A stretch of DNA of 64,000 nt from Balanoglossus misakiensis (lineage: Eukaryota; Animalia; Hemichordata). The DNA is taken from NCBI GenBank assembly GCA_040954595.2, contig CM082586.2:11935337-11999336 (forward strand), written 5' to 3'. Under the pieces are notes generated by a model. It did no database searches. It was not told the origin of the DNA and was given only the letters and a program-made list of their open reading frames with translations. Made by a program: the position numbers and the translations under genes. Positions 52,601 to 64,000 of the stretch are shown here, in pieces. Every line of letters begins with the position of its first letter. Position 1 is the stretch's first letter.

Positions 52601-55600
52601 GTCAATCACATAAACTGAACAGTGTTGATTAAGTGTAAGATAAAAAAAATAGATTATAGTGAAGGCAGGGCTTATAACATTGAAAATGCTACCAGCCTTA
52701 ATTACACATATCCTTTGTATAATCATTGGAAAAACAATGTACCATAGACTTGCATAGCACTGTGATGGTGAATCACAAATAGCCACTTTCATTACATTAC
52801 ATCAATCAGTCGATTAGCTATAATAAGATAAATATTCCCACTGTAATTAACATCACTGTTGTTATTAGTATCTATTGCCAATCAGTATTAATTATGCCAT
52901 TATGTTATTTTAAGTCAATTGTCAAGGTTCATGTACATATCTTACAACTTAACTATCTTGTCAAAAACTTCCACTTGAATATGTACCAAATTCTAGGCTC
53001 ACCAGTAGGGTTAGAGATAAAGTGTTTTATATTAACATGCATTAATATGAAACTAGAATTTGATGGTTAATTTAGGACTCCCTTGATCTATGGTGACCTC
53101 ATTAAATGTGTGCATATCTAATTCTAGGCTATCCATTGGAGGTAGAAACCTGGACATGGCCAACTTTGGGGTCAAAATCTTTTGACACACTTTTGGGTAA
53201 TCTTGGGTAAACTTTGCCCTACATTCCTATATTTTGGGATCCGGAGCAGATATATCCTTGACACTTGGACTGATGGAACTATGTAATGGACTATTATGTC
53301 TTACCTCATTAATTTTGTGCATACCTAATGCCAGGCTAACCAATATGGCTGAAAGTCTGGCTTTTGTTTGACATAATGAATTTGAGATCAGCATTTTTCT
53401 ACAGCAGCCATGTTTCACTTACGAAAGGATGGAAAATATAAAGGCTTGCATGGTAGACTGAACTGTTTACTTCCCTTCCCTGAGACTGTGTGCCAATGAC
53501 GGGATAGCCTACTCAGCGTTGGGTAGATCCTAAGAAGGCCTCAGCCAGGTTTCAAATAAAAAGAAAGCGGAAATAGCTTGAATGGTGGGTTACATCGTTA
53601 ACTTCCCTGCAGAGCTGATTTCTCAGACTGTGAGCCAATGACGGGTAAAGCCTCTAGGTAGGGGCCACCTAAGACAGGCCAGTCATGCTTTAATTACAAA
53701 GAAGGGCAAGTTCAGTCTTACCACAACTTTGTCTGCTGTATATGCTTCATAAAGATTGCATAGTATTTTGAGAACACATTGTGTGACCAGGTAAAAAGTA
53801 CTGGCAAACACAGCCATAGTGGTATGAAAAAACATCTAATGTGGCTTAATAAAAGACATATAAAACACAGCAAAAGCACTGTGACTAAAAGAGACATAAT
53901 ACTCAATTACATAGTTCCATCACTCCAAATGTCAAGGATGTATCAGCTTTGGATGCCAAGATATGGGAATGTATGTCAAAGTTTACCCAGATCACCCAAA
54001 ATTTTGTCGACAACTTTTGACGCCAAAGTTGTCCATGTCTAGGGATCTACCACAACTGGATAGCCCAGAATTAGATATGCACATATTTAATGATGTTACC
54101 ATAGATCAAGGCAGTCCTAAATTAACCATCAAATTCTAGTTTCATGTTAATTCATGTTAATATGAAACACTGTATCTCTAACCCTTCTGGTAAGCCATTC
54201 GGTCTTTCATACTACCCAATATGGGAGTGTAGGTAAAAAGTCACCGCAAGGTCATTTGTAATTTTGCTTACAGAAATCTGGTCCCTGACATTTGGTAAAG
54301 GGGTCGAGAATTGTTGTCCCAGAGTAGAACATATTCTTGAAAAAAACTTTGAGGGGTAGAAGGAAGTTTTTCATTTTAAACTTAAGTGCTTCAAATAGTA
54401 GAGAGGTTCTCATGTTATTTCAATAAAACCTTAAATGTCATCATTATATCTTTAGACTCAAACTCAAAGTTGCCAATCTTTCATTATTTTCATGGTTTAA
54501 CTTTTGATCTTAGATTGGTCCATCTAAATAGGCTTACTGATAGATAAACATGAACATGTTATTGACAAATGAATGTGGCTGTATGTTAGTAAGTTAGATA
54601 TTAATCAACCCCCATATGAAGGGTACACAACTATTGTGGTATGCATCGGCAAGAGATGACAAACCCATGCACATACAAGCAATATGGCTCAGTGGGAAAT
54701 ATTTTACCGAGGAAAGAGATTTGTAAAATTTGGCAGCTTGTGAGGCTGTAGTTTTAAAATCTTTGATATGTGTTTTTACTCTTTGGGTCCCATTTCGTAT
54801 ACCATTGGGGGACCCAAGTGAAATTGGTCAAAACTCTGAAACACAAGAAGGTGCTGGTCAGATTGCTTTAGAAATTGGTGTGTACATTGTATTTTATTGA
54901 GACCTTATACAGATTATTTTCATTTTTTAATGTATACTTTTGGAGCGATTTTTGCCTTTTGGTCAAATACTCTGAAACCTTTACCCATATTTTTTTGAAA
55001 TTTGGTTTCCAGGTTCCTAGGTGTGTTTTCAAGACTTTTAAGCAAACCCTATGATGAAAGTGTTGATTTTTTTTTTTTGGCAAATTTTGCCATTTTTTGG
55101 CTCCGAAGTGTAACGAGGAGACTATCGAATTGGGTAAAACCGTATGAGCTACTACTTCCTTCCGTCAACAACCTGTCAAGAATGCATACCATTTTCTGGT
55201 AGGGGTGTGTAGCTTTATGTTTTTGGCGGTGGTGTGTAGCTTTGAGGTGTTGAGGAAGAATTGGAAAAGTGACAGAAATCGGAACGGATTAGCCAGTAGT
55301 GTTTTCGCTACCCCCACGCCAAATCACAAATGCAAGAAAAAAGTTGCGAGCCGATTTTCATACATATTAGCCAAACTTGCAAAGCACTGCTATCTTACAT
55401 CGTCGTTTGTTTTGCCATGATCAACATGCCATGATCAGTGCACTACAACGCATGAAAGTGGACGGTTGTTCTGTTCATTGATCATCACCCCCCTGTATCA
55501 TGAACATCGCAAGGCAATGCATTGAATTCAGCTCTTCCAGCTAGTGGTCGCACTCGCTTGATTTCCTGCGTGTGTCTCTGGGGACGCAAAGAATGCATAT

Positions 55601-58600
55601 GCGTCTTTTCCTTATTTGCATATTTCGAATGGAAACGCGTCAGGTGTAAAGGTTGTTATGGAAGTTTCTTTATAGAACCACTAGTGTTAGTCTGTGGGCC
55701 CAACCAGCAAAAAAAGTTCTAGAAATGTCATTATGTTGTAAAGGAGTTTTGTACTACATGAAATTAGCTGGAAATGATGGGTGGTAAACTATTGATGTGA
55801 AATCAGGTCACTTATATTGAAAATGATGGACCAGAGAGCAAATGACTATTTTAATTCATTTCATATACTATGTTCACAACTGCTACGCTCCCAGCAACTG
55901 GGGAAACTAAATGATTGAACTTTCTGTTTGATCAATGCATGTATTTTTTTGCTAAAACCTGCACTACTATGGTCAGAACATGACATTATATACTTGAAAA
56001 TGGAGAATTTTTTATCAAAACAGTTCAGCTGATCTTGAATGCTGTCTGATATTTTTTTCAAAATGTATTTCTTTCACTTTTAGACTACTACTTCTACTTA
56101 ACTTGCACTGTTTTTTTTTCAAAACACATTTCTCATAGCTTGCACTGGTGCAATTTGATATAACAATACACAATGAATTTCATCAGTATAACATAAGGTA
56201 CAAACGAAGCCATTTGTGTGTGCGGGCCATTTTTAAGACTAAATTTAAAACAGTTATTAGAGCCCTTTGCTAGTGGTTTTCCCCCTACCAAGCACCCACC
56301 TTATCAGGCTGCATTCAATATTACATGAGCAAAAAGTTCAGCATTTCACCTTGGTGTTTGCAAATTGTTCCTTTCAACTATATACCAAACCACTGTTCTC
56401 CAAACATGCTGCTCATCATCCACTACACCCTGAGAGAACACAAACTGTCCTTGACGCTATTTTCTGTGATTGCTTCAATATTGTTTGCAGTTTCAAGGGG
56501 AATTCTTACTGTGATATATGAAAAGTCAGCTGAAATTATTGCATTTTGGGGACATGCTTTCGAATGTTGATAAAAAAATCTTTTTCTCAGAACATGCATG
56601 ACTGATAAATTTAAAATTTTAGTTGTAAGTAATAGATACATGTATGTTCTTCATATAAATTATAATGGAATCAAATCATAGCTCATTTTAATTTTTTATT
56701 ATGTTAGATGTATTATCTTATACCACAAATATTTTATAAAAAAAAGTGAAATAACCCTTACATTGTTCTTTGCAATTTAGGAGGAACCCCCCCCCCCCCA
56801 CTGAAAATTGTATACACATTGACCTCTCTATGACTGTATACATGCCAATGTGTATGTTTTAAAAATTTATGGTCCTGATAAGAGTGAAATGATTTTTACG
56901 TAATACTTGCTAAATGGATTATCTCCTATGAGATGTGCAATCTTATTACCTAATTGTTTCTGACATTTTGCCTCTTATGCCTAATATATGTCATTTTCAA
57001 GATCCCCAAAACAAGCTGATATAACTTAACAATGGATAAAAATATTCCAAACAGTGTAGCCATTTGTTCAAAACATAAAATGTGAGTGATATATACTACA
57101 AAGAATGTACAAGTTTGCATATTTTTTATCATGTTTTCCTCAATAATTGTACTGTTTCTGTAGATATCAGAGGTTTAATGTTATTCAAATAAATGTAGTG
57201 CATATCACATTTTAATTTAAGCCATCATGTGCTAATGTGGCAGCCATGGCCCACTGTCGTCATGAATTGAAATTCACACGTGCTTTACCAGCCTCACGAA
57301 CTGTGTTGAACTGGCACACTGCAAATTTTGAAAATATGTTATTGATCACAATCACACGCACACTGACAGCATCCTTTTTGGGGATACAGGTACTGACACT
57401 ATCAGTCATAATACTTTTGAATCCTCAATAAAGAATTTATTGAAGAATTTAACAGGATTTATATTTGAACGCAAAGTATAAAATTCCTTTGTGCCGTAGA
57501 AATGAAAATCTGCATTTTGTGGTCCTTCTGCTGGTGAGAAGCAACGGATAAATTCAGCATGCTCATCGCCCAGGAAATTTAGGTGTACAGAAAAAAAAAA
57601 ACTAGAATGACAACAGCTATGCATGCAGCTATGCAGGCTAACAATAGAAACACAGAGAACAGTTCTCCATATTCGTTTTTAATACGATAAGATTCACTGA
57701 AATTGGCGGGTCCGTGGGCAGGCAAAGTCATTTCCAACTCGGCTTGCAAATCAGACCCATGTCTCTTGTTCCCTGATACTGTCTGCTTCTAATAATAGCA
57801 ATAAGAACTTGACTGTTGTCCGAACTTTTGGTTCAATTTCGCAACATTTTATGATTTCAAGCAGTGCATATTTAACTCTGTTTCAACTTTGGTTGGATGG
57901 ATAATGATGAAGCCATTTCACTGACAAAATAACGCTACGAATGGACGTCAATATTTGTTTACAGGCAAATACATTATTGTTAATGTTTATTTCAGATAAA
58001 AAATAATCCATAGGAGGTAAACAAGAAAAAAAATACTTCTGGTTAAAATAGTCTTTGACACCAAACATTCCATAATAAAATTTTTGAAAAAATAGACTTG
58101 GGCAGTACAGAAGACACGATCAAAGTACTAGAAAGCTGAAACCTGCTCATTAAACTATATGACTTTTTTTCCTTAAGTATCTCATCAAGAGTTAAAACAT
58201 TTAGATTATCAAGCAATAAAGTATTACTTTGAACATGACTATGTTCGAAACCTGTTAATTTACGAAATATCAGAGAATATGCTGTTCTAGTGGTATAAAA
58301 CATGTTCATAGAAAAATTACACCACAAATGAGAATTGAACAGAATGTCACAAAAAACTGAAATTATATTATACCAGTATATTGATGGTGTAAATCACGCT
58401 ATTTGATTGGTCGAGACACGACACGTGACCGTGATATATTAGCCATATACCACAGTCATATATCATAGTCAAAGAAAATGCCTTTTTAAAATGTTTTATG
58501 CAAAGTTTCAATATACTGGCATAATATAATAGCAATAAAACACCCCCAGCCATGGTATACCACTCGATTTTGACCAGTTCAACTCCATGTCGTGAACTGG

Positions 58601-61600
58601 TCAAAATCTCGTGGTATACCATGGCTGGGGGTGTTTTATTGCTTAAATATATGACATTTGACCGATAAAGATGCAAATTTATAATCACAAAGGATAGCGT
58701 TTCCCCCCTAAAGTATAAAAAACAACTCTGAGCTTGAATATCCTCATTATCTTTAAGGTTTCAAGATATTAAATGACCAAGACATTTGTAAACATTAACA
58801 TAACTCAGTAGTCTACCATTTAAATAAATTGGAACTGTTTTAAGTTACCTAACACTGGGTTGAATTAGCATAAACACCGTCTTTTTCTCATTGAAAAGTA
58901 TCGCATTTATACTGCCTTAACGACCACAGCAATTAACTAACATTTGGTGACCGTAGGCTCCAGTAGAGAAAATAACTATATCGAAATGTTTCAACCTGTA
59001 ATCGCCAAGAAGACATCTGAACTGAAGTTTTGATAAATTCCCACTGAAATCATCTAAGTACACTGTGAAAAAAATTGGAGATGAAATGCCGCCCTGTTTA
59101 ACATCTTTTTTAGACTAGAATGGTGCAGTATAGATCCGTTCCATTTAACAACAAAATCTTGAAAAGTCTAACACTTTGAGACGTTCATAAAAGTAACAAA
59201 AACATGCGTGTTATGATGTTTATAATAACTCAGAATTTCCTTCAATACAAAAATGGCTAAATCAGTACAATGTTCTGGTTAAAAACCAAATTGATGATTC
59301 GTAGAACAGAGACAATCCATAAAGTTTAGAGGCCGTTGTTGCAAATGCATTGCCATCAGAAAAATACACATTTTTGTATAACTGCAAGATCTCGCACAGC
59401 TGTGAAATTCTAAGGAAATTCATTCATTGGATAAAATTTGTAGTTTATGGATTGTTAAACAATCTTAGTCATGAAACCTAAATGGTTACCTCAGCAAAAC
59501 TATGGCAAGCCAAGTGTTGCAAATTTCAATAAAACCATTTTTGTGTTCATGAAGACCATGTTTGTGTTCAATAAAACCATGTTTATGTTGATACACTTTT
59601 TCAACACTAGATGGCGCTCTGCAATATTTCAAGCAGACGATGCTGAGTGGGATTTGCCTTTGGATTCAGATACGTTTTATTGTTGAAAAATGTCACACAT
59701 TTTATTTAGAGGTTGATCAATTGCATTCGTCTTTAAGCAGGAAACATTTGTTTTGTAGCCAAAACTGAGAGTTGTCCGAAATTGGATAAGGCATTTGAGT
59801 AAACATTCAGGATCGTTTATAGTGGCTAGAGTAAAAATGCTGGTTTATAGAAATTGTTGTCAAGGGGAGTTGTTGGGCTACATAAGTGCAGCAAGGTGGG
59901 TTACTGTGCCAAACCACTCTACTAAGCCAATTTCCTGGTGCAATTGATATATTATTTATACAAGCCTGTGCTTATGGCCACATGCATCTCTGACTACAGC
60001 AGAGCCTGTGCTTAGGGACCGTATAGTTTTTAGGGGGGGGGGTCAGCAAAATCCTAGCGGGGTCACATAAATTTTGACATCCAATAGGGTGGGGGCTCAT
60101 GTTTTTTTTAAACGTTTGGGGGTCACATGCTTTTGCCCCCTTTGGTTTTGAGTCCACAATAATGCAGTTTCGAGCCCTTTATTTTACAGATTTTTCTATA
60201 CCCTCCTCCTTCATTCTCCACCACATTTCATTTATTAGCTGGGGTATCCAGCGTACCAGGGCAGAGTACTTGCCACCGCACCCCCACGGATTCTAACATT
60301 GAGTTGATTTGTTTTTGAGTTCCTTAAAATACAACTTTGAGCTCCGTATTGTACACCCCTTCCCACACCCACTCCTTCACTTCTTTTGTTTTACAACCTG
60401 TGTTTGAACATATTTTTCTCAAGTCATTAATATTGCAGAAATTGTTTTCCTCTATACCATCTGCCAGCATTTTTCTCTCCAAAAGTCCCCTATCCCCATC
60501 ATTGCATGGGGCTATGGGGCTAAATATGTACATGTATTAATAATAGATAACATTCAGACCATGCTACTGTACAGAGGGTTATTTATAATTACAGTTTTCA
60601 TGTTTTTTGCTACATTTTATGTAAGTGTACCTCTGTAATTACTCAGCATTCTTAGTAATATGTACCCTTATATTGTCCACTTTGCCAACGCCTAGCCATG
60701 TCACTGATACAACAAAGCCCTATACCCATTGCTTGGAAGTGTGATCTAACTGGTATCCCCTTGAAGTCAATCTCAAATTTTGTTTATCCAATGAGTGGAC
60801 ACAGAATATACATGGTTAACTTTAAGAAAGGATTGGTAACATTTCAAATCATAAGCCATGTTTTCTTTATGATACAGACACAGTCCTCAGGATGTTGGGG
60901 TCCATGTGACCCCTTCCTAAAGGGGCCCCGCCACCACTATGCATTATAGGCAAAGGGCATTGCAGAGCGCCATCTTGTGACAAATTGTGTTCATGAACAC
61001 AAAAATGTACTATTCGTTTTTGACACAAACATGTTTTTTTATGAACACAAACATGCTTTTTTATGAACACAAACATGGTTTTCATGGACACACAAATGGT
61101 TTTATTGAATTTTGCAACACTTGGCTTGCCATATAAAACTGTGTTAAATTTCGTCATCAATTGCTTGAAATCACACAGGACATCCCCAGAGCTAAGTTAC
61201 CCATGCAGAAATCAGTTGCATCTCAGCTTGCAAATTGGGACTAAGTCATGTCTTCATTGGGACTGTCTGCAGTCTCGTTCACAGTCCTTTGTGCTCATTT
61301 GTGAACTTAGAAATGTTCTTTCCTTTGAATAAATATGGGCCACTAGAACAATTTCAGCTTATTTGCCAATAGAGAGGTTTAGTTACACTTACACGTAAAT
61401 ATGCGTACGTCTGATGGCAGCAGTGGCATTCGCATAGGTGTTTTGCAGTTTAGTTGTCCGTTTTGAGTATTAATAGAAAATTCAAATTTTTTTCACTTAA
61501 AATTTTGTGTGTTATGAATATTCTCTAAGATCACCACCCTTGCAATAGGTTTCTTGACTGCAGTGGAAATATACTTTAGTAAAGTTTTCCGATGTCTTAA

Positions 61601-62170
61601 TCGAGGCGTCCACTGAAAACTTATCATGGGAATAAATTTTGTGTTCATGTTTTTAAAACGCCAAATACTGCCGGTTTTAGCACATATGGCAGAAATCTTT
61701 CAGATTACATGGATGCTGGCTACATCACAATTGCACTTTCAGAGATCAATCCTCAAATTAGAGAGAGAATATCGAAAAATCATGATTACGCGTAGAAGCG
61801 TCGCTTGCCGTACCGAACGTCTGCTCTACACATACGCAATGTATCTTTATCACATGACAACGACGCTACACGTGCTGATCGAACGTATTTACGTGTAACT
61901 AAACCTCTCTACTGTTATTCACAAAATACTGGGATTCATGTTCTAGTACATCGTATGCTTCGGTATTGTCCTCCAGCGGCACGTCTCGGACAATGTTATA
62001 GTTAAACCCAGGTAGCCATATGATGTCAGGCAAATGGTCTCCTGCCCTCTAACCTCTTACCTGGAGTGGAGTGGAGTGGAGTGCCATTGGTAAAACATAT
62101 TTATATTTTTGTGTGTTGACGTACCTAGATTGTGTGAGTGAGGATGCATCTGTCAGATGACACCAGCTAA

Positions 62171-63323
62171 GGGACCGTTCAGTTTTTACGGCCGGGGGGG
62201 GGGGGGGGGGCGGCAAAATCCAGGGGGGGGGTCACTTAAATTTTGAAGTCCACAAGGGGGGGTCATCTGGATTTTTTAAACGTTTATGGGGGGGGTCACA
62301 TACTTTTGCCACCGAACTTTTGCTTTTGAGTCCACAAAATTGCAGTTTCGCACCCTTTATTTTACAAAATTTTCTAATGTGGGAGGGGGACACCCACCCC
62401 CTTCATTCTCCGCCACATTTCATTTTTTGCTGGTTTGTCTAGTGTACCAGGGCAGAGTGCTTGCCACCCCAACCCCACCGATGATAATATTTAACAAAGT
62501 GAATACATAAAGGAGAATAATTGTTTAAACCATTTTGCATAACTGATAGTTTCGCGCTGCATCTTCTATATACTAGAAGTTTTATAAATGATGTCATGAC
62601 AAGATGACGCCAAATCTTCTAACTTTGAGTGGAGTGGCAAAAAGTAAAATCCTCCCAAACATTGAGATAATTTGCTTTTAAGTTCATTAAAATGCAACTT
62701 TGCGCTACATATTTTACAAAATTTTCTTATGTGGGAGGGGGACACTCCCTCCCAAACCCACCCCTCCGTTCAAGGCCACATTGCATTTATTCACTGGTTT
62801 GTCTAGTGTACCAGGGAAGACTTCTTGCCACCCCACCTCGATGCTTACTTTGAGTGGAGTGGCAAAATTAAAATTTGTCCTCCCTAACATTGAGTTAATT
62901 TGCTTTTGAGTTCATTAAATTGCAACTTTGAGCACCGTATTTTACAAAATTTTCTTACGCCCACCCCCACCACTTTTCTTGTTTTACCGATTCTAGCAAC
63001 TATTGTATTGACTTGTCATTTTCTTTTGTTCATAGATTTCTTTATTGCAACGATATACTATTATATACTTCAATAATACTTTAAGAAATATATAATTGAG
63101 GTGTGAGGAGCCTCATTCCCTTTATTGCATACAGTGTACATAGGATCAGAACGGCGAATATTTTGGGCGTGGGGGGGGGGGGGGTTCATCATATTTTTGG
63201 GTCTGTCAAAGGGGGGTCATCATTTTTTGGTCCTGGGTGAAGGGGGGGGGGGGTTGGCCTGATTTTGAGAACCGATGACTCAAACTTGCCACCCCCCCCC
63301 TGCCGTAAAAACTGAACGGTCCC
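62171..63323. mobile_element. PIF/Harbinger-like MITE (mirror copy, ~107 bp longer)
   Basis: Same TIRs with TAA flanks; extra segment 62664..62770. Confidence 0.85.
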
Positions 63324-64000
63324 TAAATGGTATTCAAAGCAAGGTCACGTAACAGGATATGTATAGTTTCAAGGCTTTGTTTTGGAATAACGAATTCTCT
63401 ACAAGATTTAAGTGGAACAGTCACACAAAATGAAAACAAATATGGAAAGAGTTATGCTGGAATGTTGTAAGGGATAGATTAATATTGCAAATAATGTAAT
63501 TTCTTATATCATAAATGGTATTCAAAGAAAGGTCACATAACAGGATATGTTTAGTTTCAAGGCTTTGTTTTGGAATAACGAATTCTCTACAAGATTTAAG
63601 TGGAACAGTCACAGAATGAAAACAAATATGGAAAGAGTTATGCTGGAATGTTGTAAGGGATAGATTAATATTGCAAATAATGTAATTTCTTACATCATAA
63701 ATGGTATTCAAAGAAAGGTCACGTAACAGGATATGTTATACAAAAAAAGACATGTATATTTTCAAGGCTTTGTTTTGGAATAACAAATTCTCTCCAAGAT
63801 TTAAGTGAAACAGTCACAGAATGAAAACAAATATGGAAAGAGTTATGCCGGAATGTTGTAAAGGTTAGAATAATATTGCACATAATTTAATTTCTTACAT
63901 CATAAATGGAATTCAAAGAATGGTCACATAACAGGATATGTTTTACTAAAAAGACTTAAGTAAAATTTCAAGGGTTTGTGTTGAAATACTGAATTCACTA
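63324..64000 (-). repeat. Satellite A array in the opposite orientation, runs off the window end
   Basis: Reverse complement of the same monomer (TAAATGGTATTCAAAG...); it joins the arm at the same monomer position as on the left. Confidence 0.97.

Larger units (their letters stand above)
32982..63323 (-). repeat. Right arm of giant inverted duplication
   Basis: Reverse complement of 2240..31095 apart from SNPs and indels; the largest indel is right-only 44303..46079. Confidence 0.98.

Noticed and set aside
2240-63323. Whole palindrome as one giant Harbinger-ended transposon
   Set aside because: The flanks are TTA and TAA (mirror images, not a direct TSD), and the satellite is inverted across the locus instead of continuing.

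Overview
This is AT-rich eukaryotic DNA with a transposon repertoire typical of marine invertebrates; I could not identify an intact host gene. Almost the whole window is one ~61-kb inverted duplication: left arm ~2240-31095, right arm 32982-~63323, roughly 99% identical by eye, with several arm-specific indels. The 1.9-kb asymmetric spacer is a ~187-bp tandem repeat carrying a MITE. A different 186-bp satellite flanks both outer ends in opposite orientations. Both arms end at the centre exactly at the same terminus (CACTA/TAGTG) of an Academ-like long-TIR element whose subrepeats carry near-consensus CTCF motifs, suggesting a transposase-mediated fold-back duplication. Each arm records a nested history. 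A PIF1-family helicase gene was interrupted by an L2/Crack LINE. The LINE was interrupted by the Academ-like element (TTT target duplication), and the halves were then inverted relative to each other. The arms also hold Harbinger-, IS3EU-, AcademH- and Crypton-like elements and other LINE fragments, and only the right arm retains a Crypton tyrosine-recombinase pseudogene. All analysis is by eye; superfamily calls rest on termini, TSDs and motifs.
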